The position numbers were made by a program, and so were the translations under genes. DNA of 30,779 bases from Abditibacteriaceae bacterium (lineage in GTDB: Bacteria; Armatimonadota; Abditibacteriia; Abditibacteriales; Abditibacteriaceae). A model generated the notes under the pieces. The model did no database searches, was not told the origin of the DNA, and saw only the letters and a program-made list of their open reading frames with translations. Shown one piece after another: positions 7,098 to 14,759 of the stretch (positions are counted from its first letter, which is position 1; each line of letters opens with the position of its first letter). The stretch is taken from NCBI GenBank assembly GCA_031425655.1, contig JANPJS010000301.1, positions 1-30,779 of the forward strand, read 5' to 3'.

Positions 7098-7874
7098 ATG
7101 TTTCTCGCTTTAGATATTGGCAACACCAACATCGTCATCGGCGTGTTCGAGGGCGAGGAATTGCGTGTGCAGTGGCGCCTTTCGACGCAGCGCGAACGCA
7201 CGTCCGACGAGTTTGCGGTCTTCCTCAAAGTCGCCTTCGATGAGCGCGGCTTGCGCTTCGCCGACATTGACGGCGCGGCGATTTCTTCAGTCGTGCCTTC
7301 ATTAACGCCGCAAACCGTGCGCTTCGTGCGCGATTATTTGAAGTGCGAGCCGGTCGTCATCGGGCCGGACACACAAACCGGCCTTGTCAACGATTACGAC
7401 CGTCCGCGCGAAGTCGGCGCAGACCGCTTGGTTAATGGATTAGCGGCGTGGAAAAAATACGGCACGGCGGTTGTCATCGTGGATTTCGGCACCGCAACAA
7501 CTGTAGACGCCGTGTCGCAGGATGGGCATTATTTGGGCGGCGCCATCGCGCCGGGCTTGCAAATCTCGACCGACGCGCTTTTTCACGCCGCCGCGCGCCT
7601 GCCGCGTGTGGAAATCGCCCCACCCCAGCGCGCTTTGGGCACCAACACGGTGCAATCCATGCAATCGGGCATCGTTTTCGGCTACGCCGGGCTGGTGCGC
7701 GAACTGCTGACACGCATCGTGCGCGAAGTCGGCGACCCGGCAAACGTAACAACTCTGGCAACCGGCGGCTTGGCCGAACTTATCGCGCCGCTGGTTGAAG
7801 AAATTCAATTTATCGAGCCGCAACTCACCTTAGACGGCCTGCGTTTGATTTGGGAACAGACAGCTTCTTTATAA
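7098..7874 (+). CDS. coaX: Type III pantothenate kinase
   Basis: Motifs LALDIGNTNIVIG, SSVVP, EVGADRL, IVDFGTATT, YLGGAIAPG, ATGGLA and LTLDGL. Confidence 0.95.
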   Translation: MFLALDIGNTNIVIGVFEGEELRVQWRLSTQRERTSDEFAVFLKVAFDERGLRFADIDGAAISSVVPSLTPQTVRFVRDYLKCEPVVIGPDTQTGLVNDYDRPREVGADRLVNGLAAWKKYGTAVVIVDFGTATTVDAVSQDGHYLGGAIAPGLQISTDALFHAAARLPRVEIAPPQRALGTNTVQSMQSGIVFGYAGLVRELLTRIVREVGDPANVTTLATGGLAELIAPLVEEIQFIEPQLTLDGLRLIWEQTASL

Positions 7875-7886
7875 ATTGCAGGGAAT

Positions 7887-8324
7887 ATGAACCAGATAAA
7901 TCAGATTGAAATGCTTGCCAGATGCAGCACAATTTCAAGCGAACCTACCGAGTATTTGTGGATTGAAATGCTCGTTGACGACCGCGTGATAGTTGATTTC
8001 AAATATTATGCTGTTGATTTGGACGAATTGTTACGCAGTATTCACAGCAATGGCGAATTTTTCATCTTAACTTGTTGGTGTGGGGTGCCAGAATGCGCCG
8101 GGATTGAGAAAGGCGTTCAAGTCAACCACGAGAATGATTTCATCTTCTGGAAGTTGAACGAGCCAAAGCAATTTAGTTTTACGTTTGAACACAGGCAGTA
8201 TGAAACAGAAGTCCGCAAAGTTATGAAGCAAAGCAAGCGGCTTTTAGCCGATACGAAACATACGGGAAGCAAATCTCCTGAAATCGTGCCAATGCAAAAT
8301 GAAGAGCATTTCAGGTTCAACTAA
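7887..8324 (+). CDS. Hypothetical protein with a CxCGxxxCAG motif, low GC
   Basis: 145-aa ORF co-oriented with the operon and followed by a terminator. Motif FFILTCWCGVPECAGI. Two hand-counted 60-nt lines gave 37% and 45% GC, visibly below the flanks. Confidence 0.75.
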   Translation: MNQINQIEMLARCSTISSEPTEYLWIEMLVDDRVIVDFKYYAVDLDELLRSIHSNGEFFILTCWCGVPECAGIEKGVQVNHENDFIFWKLNEPKQFSFTFEHRQYETEVRKVMKQSKRLLADTKHTGSKSPEIVPMQNEEHFRFN

Positions 8325-8349
8325 AAGAGGCCACCCAAGAGACAAAACC

Positions 8350-8384
8350 GGGCAAGAGGTGAATTCCACCTCTTGCCCTTTTTT
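8350..8384 (+). terminator. Rho-independent terminator
   Basis: gggcaagaggtg-aattc-cacctcttgccc followed by T6, between convergent genes. Confidence 0.85.
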
Positions 8385-8402
8385 GTCGCAGCGCGGCGGG
8401 CG

Positions 8403-8573
8403 TTAACCCTCCGCCGGAATCAATTCGATTTCGCTGACTTGCGCGTCGTTCGGGTATTCCGGGTTGGCCGATTCGAGAATTACGAAGCGAAAACTGTCCC
8501 ACACCGACGCATTGGCGGCGTGAACGACAGTGACAAGCAGGCACAGCCCTGTGAGCAATGCAACTCGTTTCAT
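8403..8573 (-). pseudogene. 56-aa remnant: signal peptide fused to a discoidin/F5-8-like terminal strand motif
   Basis: MKRVALLTGLCLLVTVVHAANA-SVWDS-FRFVILESANPEYPNDAQVSEIELIPAEG*. Starts 8 nt after the GH39 stop. Confidence 0.5.
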
Positions 8574-8581
8574 ATTCGTTT

Positions 8582-10261
8582 TTACAGCGCGCCGTCCCAT
8601 TCCAAAACCAACAGCGCAACGCCTTGACGCGGCAGCGTGAGATTCACCATCGCCGCGCCGTTTTCGATGCGCGCAGGAAGATTTTCTCCGGCGTCGAGTT
8701 GGCCGGCTTTTTCGAGCGCGGCGTATTGTTCGGGCGTCGGTTTTTGCGGTTCGCCCATTTTCTGCCATGCCGCGTAAGAATTGCTGTGCGATTCGTCTAC
8801 GCGATGAATACGCACTCGCGCCGCGCGATTTTGACCCGTTAACCCGCCGATTTTGAAGGCGACTTCGGCGGCGTCACCGGGCACGTCGTCATCGTGGTAA
8901 TGCCACGCCAAAACGCTGATTTTATTCGGTTCCAAAGCCGCCGTCGCGGATACGTCGGGCGCAGTTCGCACGCCGTTTCTCATCATGTCGTCAAGGCTGA
9001 CGGCGGCAGAGCTTTTCACGTCCACGCGCTGTCCGCTCATTTTCGCCATCATGCGAAAGGCGTTGAGAACCGGTAAATCAAGGCCGTTGCTGGCCAAAGC
9101 GCGAAAGCTGGCGAAATACGGTTGATCTTCAAACTCGAAGGCCCACGTTAAAGCGCCCTCGAAGTTCACTTTGTGCCGCTCGGCCAGTTCGATTTTGCGT
9201 GCGAAACTGGCTGCCGTGTAACTTGAATACATCGTGCCGTTGCGATAGCCCAGTTGCGGCCCCTGACAGGCCGCACAGCCTTCCGGGTCGCTTTCGCCGA
9301 TGATAATCGGTGTGTTTTTCAATTCGGGAAACGATGCGACGATGCCGAAACCGTCGTCAATGGTGCGAAGCTGAGCCGCGATGCCCATACGGACGTGGCC
9401 GTCCACGAAAGTCGGCGCGCCTTTGGCGTGAAACGACACGAAATCGAGCGGCGTGCCGGTTTTCTGCGTGGCGTAATTGGTGCCGCGCAGGCAGTGTTCC
9501 AGAAAATCTCGCTGCAATTTTCCGCCGCTGCCGGCCCAATCGGGGCCGCCCACGCGTGCTGTGGGAAGCGCGCGGCGCACACCGTCAATGGCGTAATCGT
9601 GGGTTTTGCGAAATTCTTCCGCCGTGCCACGCCAGTAGCCGATATTCGCCTCGTTCCAGACTTGCCAATACCATTTTTCGACTTCAGCGCGCCCGTATTT
9701 TTCGACGCAATGCTTCGTCCATTGATAAGCCAATTCGCGCCATTTGTCGTAATCTTTGGGCGGATAAGCCCAGCCGGTGTAAATTTCTTCGTATTTGGCG
9801 CGCGGCGTCCAATAATGACGATACGGCTCCGGCTTGGTCGAAAGCGCCTGTGGCATAAAGCCGATTTGCGCGTAAGGCTTGATGCCGTTTTGCAAATACG
9901 CGTCAATGATGCCGTCAACAATCGTCCAATCGTAAATCGGGTTGCCCTGCGCGTCTTCGGTGTAGGCGTTGGTGCTGCCCCACTTTAAAGCGGGCGTGCC
10001 GTCGCCGGTCGTGAGCATATTATGCGCGCGGAAATAGACTTGCGGAGCGCCCATTTTGCCCAGTTCGCCGAGTAATTTGCGCCCATCTTTCATGGTCGCG
10101 TAATTCGGCTCATCGGCGCCAAAAAAGCGCCAGATGGGTTTGAGTTCGCCTTTGGTTTGTGCGGCGTCCACGTTTATCGTGACGGGAAACGGCGCGGCGT
10201 GCGCGGCAAGAGAAGTCGTCATAATGAGGGCCAAAAATGTGATATGCCAATTAAATTTCAT
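8582..10261 (-). CDS. Secreted GH39-family glycoside hydrolase (beta-xylosidase-like)
   Basis: Signal peptide ending AAHA. Motifs IWRFFGADEPNY, YFRAHNML, YDWTIVDGIIDAY, PPKDYDKW, WQVWNEAN (acid/base), DFVSFHAKG, IIIGESDPEG (nucleophile) and HSNSYAAWQKMGEP. Confidence 0.9.
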   Translation of the reverse strand: MKFNWHITFLALIMTTSLAAHAAPFPVTINVDAAQTKGELKPIWRFFGADEPNYATMKDGRKLLGELGKMGAPQVYFRAHNMLTTGDGTPALKWGSTNAYTEDAQGNPIYDWTIVDGIIDAYLQNGIKPYAQIGFMPQALSTKPEPYRHYWTPRAKYEEIYTGWAYPPKDYDKWRELAYQWTKHCVEKYGRAEVEKWYWQVWNEANIGYWRGTAEEFRKTHDYAIDGVRRALPTARVGGPDWAGSGGKLQRDFLEHCLRGTNYATQKTGTPLDFVSFHAKGAPTFVDGHVRMGIAAQLRTIDDGFGIVASFPELKNTPIIIGESDPEGCAACQGPQLGYRNGTMYSSYTAASFARKIELAERHKVNFEGALTWAFEFEDQPYFASFRALASNGLDLPVLNAFRMMAKMSGQRVDVKSSAAVSLDDMMRNGVRTAPDVSATAALEPNKISVLAWHYHDDDVPGDAAEVAFKIGGLTGQNRAARVRIHRVDESHSNSYAAWQKMGEPQKPTPEQYAALEKAGQLDAGENLPARIENGAAMVNLTLPRQGVALLVLEWDGAL

Positions 10262-10302
10262 GCGTTTTTGTGACCTTTGCAATCGCCCGGCGGCGCGCTG
10301 AA

Positions 10303-10449
10303 CCCTCACCCCCGGCCCCTCTCCCAATTCGCTGCGCGGGAGAGGGGAGCAAAATTAAAACTTGGTCGCATTTTGCAAAACGTTGCCCCGTTTGGAGTTG
10401 GACTCCCCTCTCCCGCGCAGCGAATTGGGAGAGGGGCCGGGGGTGAGGG
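10303..10449. repeat. REP doublet (REPIN-like) with perfect 47-bp inverted arms
   Basis: 10303-10349 is the exact reverse complement of 10403-10449, each arm has its own cccctctccc/gggagagggg hairpin, and it is the same family as 1918-1990. Confidence 0.92.
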
Positions 10450-10497
10450 CCTTTCTTTGCATCCCTAAACTTCGCCGCGTGTCTTAAGATTACCTTT

Positions 10498-12882
10498 ATG
10501 TTCACGTCTCAGAAAAGCTACGCTGCGGCCATTTTGCTCCTCACGCTGCTGGGCGGCGCGCAATTCTCCATGAAAACAATGCAAATCTCGCCCGCAACGG
10601 CCTTCGCGGCGGAAGCGACTCCGTTGCTCGACAGCATCACTTTCGGCGACGCGGCTTCGGAGCTAAGGCATAATCTCGTTGCCACAAATTCCGATACGAT
10701 CACCGGCGCTTTGGGCCAACCGGCGCGGCGATTTTTACCGCGCCCGACGCCCGACCAGAAGCCCGATTGGCAGGGCGGAAGCGCGACACTCACCATCAAA
10801 GTTGACCCGCAGCAGCCCAATTATTTCACGATCAAATTGTGGGGCGACGACGTGACGGTCAATCGCCTTTATCTTTATATCGAGGGCAAGCAAGTCGGCT
10901 ATCGTCACTTGGGCGACGTGGATTCGCTCGATTTCGGAGCCGAACACGCCGCTTATAAAGGTCGCTTTTACTACAACACGTCGCCGCTGCCCGTCGCGCT
11001 GACGCAGGGTAAAACGCAGCTTAATTGCGAAATCCGCAGCACGGGCCGCATTTGGGGCTACGGAATGACCTTCGATTTGTATCAAAGGGCGATGACCGAG
11101 CCGACGCGCGGAATTTACAGCGTTTACACGCACACCGACGGCTTTTTCGAGCCGCCCGCGCACGAAAAGCAGGGCACGCCGCCCGCGCCGCAACTGCGCG
11201 TGGAGCCGGGGCCGGAAGTGATGGAGCAGCTCAAACAGCGCGTCAACAACGAAGTCAAAAAATACATCGCGGCGCCGCGCCCGCTCAATCAAATGCAAAC
11301 GCACTTTTTGGCGCGGGCCACGCAAGTGAAATGGACGGCGGCTTATCAGAATCCGCAAGCTGTGCAGCAAGTCGTGAAAAGCTTTGATGCGCTTTACAGC
11401 GCTTACCAAGCCAACCCGAAGCTCGCCGAAGCGGAGCCTTCGACTTACAACCCCGATTGGTTCGGTTTCGGCCCGATGGGACAAGCCGTTTCGCTGTTAG
11501 CCGAGCCGCTAAAGCCGTTTCTCGACCAGAAAATAGAAGGCGCCGAGGCTAATGAGAACATCACGCGCCGCGCCGGATGGACGAAAATGCTCGTCGCATC
11601 GCGCGACTGGCATCGCCGCAATCGCCGCCTTTACACCAACCAATCCATGATTAACGATACCTACGGCATTTATTTATCGAATCGTGGCGTGTCGGCATTA
11701 GCGCCCGATAAAGCGATGCCGGAGCCTGAAGCGCGGCGTTATTTGTATGAATCGCTGGGTTTGCAGCCCTGGCTGGGCAGCGAAACCGACAAAGGGCCGA
11801 GCAAATCGGCGGGCGAAAATTATCTGCAACTGACCGCCAAAGGTTTGACCAAAGAACTGGGTTACGTCGGTTATTATGGCGAAGTGCTGGATTGGGCCGT
11901 GAAAATTTACGATGCCACGCGGCCCACGCCGGGACAGCCGGGTGACCCCCAAATTAAAGAGCAAATCGTGAAAATCGCGCGTGCCCGCGCCGCCTTTCGC
12001 TATCCGTCGTTGGACGACGAAGGCAACCGCGCGATGGTCGTGGAAAGCATCGTCGGCTGGCGCGACGCACATTACGGCAGCGATGTGGTTTACGCCCAGC
12101 GCACCAGTTGGGACGGTTCGCCGCTGGAAATCATCGCAGCCACGCTTGACCCGCAGCTTATCGGTTACGCGCAGCAAATGTTCGAGGACAATCAGTATTT
12201 TGCGTCCGTAAAACAGCGCATGGAAAACAACGGTTTTCGCGTCACGGCGGGCCTGCTCGACACGCCCGACGAATACGAAATCATCAAAGCCCAGCCGCCC
12301 AGCCGCACACGATTGCCGATGTCGCCCGCACAGCCTGACTTCGTGTTTTCCGACGAAGAAGACGGCGTTGTCGCGCTCAAAAACGGCAGCGACATTCTTT
12401 ACGTTTCGCTTTATTGGCGGGCGCGTTTCGGCATCAACAATCTGGCGCGCGTGCATTATGTCACGCCGAATTTCGACCGCATCGCCGTCGTGCGCCAAGA
12501 CACGCAATTCGAGCCGAGCGGCATGACTTTCACGCGCGCGAATCAGACGAACACCGATTTCGCGCCCTGGCTGCCCAAATATCCCGACGAGCAAAATTCG
12601 GCGCACGCCGGCGAGGTTTTGCCGATTGCCAAAATTCCCACCGGAATTGATTTTAAGCCGGGCAAAGAAAGCGTTTACGCCGGCAAAGGCGATTTCTACA
12701 CCTTGCGATATGGCCCCTATCTCATCGCCATGAACCTGACGACCGACAAAACTTTCGACTTGGCTGTGCCTCGAAACGCCGCGCCGATTCGAGAACTGGT
12801 GTCAAAATCCAGCGCGCCGGGCGGAAGCGTAAAACGAGTCGGGCCACGCTCGACGGTTGTGTTTTATATGGGCGCGCTGTGA
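10498..12882 (+). CDS. Uncharacterised secreted protein (794 aa), possibly carbohydrate-active
   Basis: Long ORF with a hydrophobic N-terminal signal, a beta-rich N-terminus, an aromatic-rich helical core (PDWFGFG, YTNQSMI, GLTKELGYVGYYGE) and a beta-rich C-terminus. No family recognised with certainty. Confidence 0.85.
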   Translation: MFTSQKSYAAAILLLTLLGGAQFSMKTMQISPATAFAAEATPLLDSITFGDAASELRHNLVATNSDTITGALGQPARRFLPRPTPDQKPDWQGGSATLTIKVDPQQPNYFTIKLWGDDVTVNRLYLYIEGKQVGYRHLGDVDSLDFGAEHAAYKGRFYYNTSPLPVALTQGKTQLNCEIRSTGRIWGYGMTFDLYQRAMTEPTRGIYSVYTHTDGFFEPPAHEKQGTPPAPQLRVEPGPEVMEQLKQRVNNEVKKYIAAPRPLNQMQTHFLARATQVKWTAAYQNPQAVQQVVKSFDALYSAYQANPKLAEAEPSTYNPDWFGFGPMGQAVSLLAEPLKPFLDQKIEGAEANENITRRAGWTKMLVASRDWHRRNRRLYTNQSMINDTYGIYLSNRGVSALAPDKAMPEPEARRYLYESLGLQPWLGSETDKGPSKSAGENYLQLTAKGLTKELGYVGYYGEVLDWAVKIYDATRPTPGQPGDPQIKEQIVKIARARAAFRYPSLDDEGNRAMVVESIVGWRDAHYGSDVVYAQRTSWDGSPLEIIAATLDPQLIGYAQQMFEDNQYFASVKQRMENNGFRVTAGLLDTPDEYEIIKAQPPSRTRLPMSPAQPDFVFSDEEDGVVALKNGSDILYVSLYWRARFGINNLARVHYVTPNFDRIAVVRQDTQFEPSGMTFTRANQTNTDFAPWLPKYPDEQNSAHAGEVLPIAKIPTGIDFKPGKESVYAGKGDFYTLRYGPYLIAMNLTTDKTFDLAVPRNAAPIRELVSKSSAPGGSVKRVGPRSTVVFYMGAL

Positions 12883-12891
12883 AAATGATTA

Positions 12892-13040
12892 GCGCATAAC
12901 TTTGAATGGCACGCGGAGCTTCGCTTCGCGGAAACGGCTTTGATTTTCGCGGTTTTCCAGAAAGATGTTAAAAATCCGCGTAAATCCGCGCACGAAGTCC
13001 GTGTAGGCGCAGCCGCCGCGTGCCATTCAAAGTTATGCGC
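12892..13040. repeat. 149-bp MITE/REP-like element with perfect 25-bp terminal inverted repeats
   Basis: gcgcataactttgaatggcacgcgg (12892-12916) and ccgcgtgccattcaaagttatgcgc (13016-13040), with an internal direct repeat aaatccgcgtaaatccgcg. Confidence 0.85.
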
Positions 13041-13068
13041 CCGGTTTCAGGATTTGAAAGGGAATTTT

Positions 13069-13812
13069 ATGCGTTTACAAAAAGTTTTATGCTGCTTAAC
13101 AGCGCTGCTGTCCGCCGGTTTGTTGCGCGCCGACCCGGCGCCGATTGCAGCTCCGATTGCGCCGCCGACGGTGCCGGAACAAGTCAAAAAAACACCGTTC
13201 CAGGCGGAAATCGAGGCCTTCGAGGCGGCGGACAAAAAAGCCTTCCCGCCGCAGGATGCCGTGCTGTTTATCGGCAGTTCCAGCATTCGTTTGTGGAAAT
13301 CGCTGGCGACGGATTTTCCCGAACTCACGGTCATCAATCGCGGCTTTGGCGGTTCGCAAATCGCCCACAGCGTAGGCTACGCCGAGCGCATCGTGATTCC
13401 TTACAAGCCGAAAGCTATCGTCGTTTATGCAGGTGGCAATGACCTTAACGCCGGAAAATCGCCCGCGCAAGTCGCGCAGGATTTTCAGGCATTCGTGGAA
13501 AAAATTCACGCTGCACTCCCCGACACGCGCATCGCTTATATTTCGATCAATCCGAGCGTAGCGCGTTGGAAGCAGGAAGAAAAAGTGCTGGAAGCGAACC
13601 GTTTAATCGCCGACTTTGTGCGCGAAAACGACGGCAAATTGGGCCGTCTTTCGTTTCTCGATTCGCACGCGAAGTTGCTCAGCGCCGCAGGCCAACCGCG
13701 TCCTGAAATTTTGCGCGCCGATGGCCTGCACTTGAATGAAGACGGCTACAAATTGTGGACGGAGGTTCTCAGGCCGCAGCTTTTGCCGCTTGTAACCGCT
13801 GTCAAAGAATGA
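13069..13812 (+). CDS. Secreted SGNH/GDSL hydrolase
   Basis: Signal peptide and blocks LFIGSSSI, NRGFGGS, YAGGND and DGLHLN. Confidence 0.92.
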   Translation: MRLQKVLCCLTALLSAGLLRADPAPIAAPIAPPTVPEQVKKTPFQAEIEAFEAADKKAFPPQDAVLFIGSSSIRLWKSLATDFPELTVINRGFGGSQIAHSVGYAERIVIPYKPKAIVVYAGGNDLNAGKSPAQVAQDFQAFVEKIHAALPDTRIAYISINPSVARWKQEEKVLEANRLIADFVRENDGKLGRLSFLDSHAKLLSAAGQPRPEILRADGLHLNEDGYKLWTEVLRPQLLPLVTAVKE

Positions 13813-13816
13813 AATG

Positions 13817-14704
13817 TTATCGCGCCGGTTGATAATGCCTGCGCGTCGCGCCGAAAACCGCAGCCGCGATCAGCAATCCGCCGGCAATGGTTCGCAATGT
13901 TGGCACTTCGCCCAAAAAAAACACGGCTAAGGCGATGCCGTAAACCGGTTCCAAGCCCAAAATCACGCTGGCCAACTGCGCGCGAATATGCTGAAGGCTG
14001 GACACGAAAAGCGCCTGCCCCAATCCTGTGAAAATCACGCCCAACGCCAGCAAAAGCCACCACGATTGCGCGGAAATCGGAGCGCGACAGAATAGCGCTA
14101 TTGGAACGCTAAATAGCGCCGCGAACATTTGCTGATAAAAGGCCACACTTAGCGCGGGGTAGCTGCGAATGGACGAACGACTGAGCAACGACAGCAGCGC
14201 GCAGGAAAACCCGGCCAAAACGCCCCACGCCACGCCTTGCGTGAGGTTGTTGCCGATATTGAAATCGGGTGTCAGCACCGCAAGTCCTGCCAAAATGACG
14301 ACCGCTGCGCCCACATCGAAAGCGCGCAATTTTTCACGAAAAAGCAGCGGCTCCAGGAACGTGACGAAAAGAGGAAAGCTGGATAACGCCAACAATCCGA
14401 TGGCAACCGTGGAAAGCTGAATCGCGCGAAAAAAGCTGAACCAGTGAACTGTCAGCAGCAAGCCCGACAAGGCAAAAATCAGCACGTCGCGCCGCACGCG
14501 CAGGCGTAAAACAGCGCCGGTCAGGTGCGCGGCGATGAGCAGCGTCAGGCAGCCAAAAAAAGTGCGCCCCGCGATGATAACGATGGGGTTCATATCCAGC
14601 AGCTTGCCGAAAAGCCCGGTGCAACCGGCCAGCAACGCGGCGAAGTGGATTTGCAGCAGGCCTAATTTTCGATTGAGAGCAGGCATTGGCCTTTTGCTTT
14701 CCAT
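13817..14704 (-). CDS. EamA/DMT-family membrane transporter
   Basis: About 10 hydrophobic segments and motifs HWFSFFRAIQ, PLFVTFLEPL and LGLEPVYGI. Start may be 14704 or 14686. Confidence 0.9.
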   Translation of the reverse strand: MESKRPMPALNRKLGLLQIHFAALLAGCTGLFGKLLDMNPIVIIAGRTFFGCLTLLIAAHLTGAVLRLRVRRDVLIFALSGLLLTVHWFSFFRAIQLSTVAIGLLALSSFPLFVTFLEPLLFREKLRAFDVGAAVVILAGLAVLTPDFNIGNNLTQGVAWGVLAGFSCALLSLLSRSSIRSYPALSVAFYQQMFAALFSVPIALFCRAPISAQSWWLLLALGVIFTGLGQALFVSSLQHIRAQLASVILGLEPVYGIALAVFFLGEVPTLRTIAGGLLIAAAVFGATRRHYQPAR

Positions 14705-14719
14705 AGTCGCAGGAAAATC

Positions 14720-14754
14720 AAAAACGGTGCGAGGCTTGGCCCCGCACCGTTTTT
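14720..14754 (-). terminator. Rho-independent terminator (possibly bidirectional)
   Basis: Stem aaaaacggtgcg/cgcaccgttttt immediately downstream of the GH2-like stop. Confidence 0.7.
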
Positions 14755-14759
14755 CTTCG

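Noticed and set aside
9640..9665. GH39 WNEA instead of WNEP taken as a sign of inactivation
   Set aside because: The catalytic Asn-Glu pair and the nucleophile Glu region are intact.
3627..10327. Extended ORF-track starts for ilvE (3627), mcsA (4693), coaX (7044) and GH39 (10327)
   Set aside because: The extensions translate intergenic or repeat DNA (SALRTPHS, FKIQNSK, GEGPGVR). Family-typical N-termini begin at 3801, 4762, 7098 and 10261.
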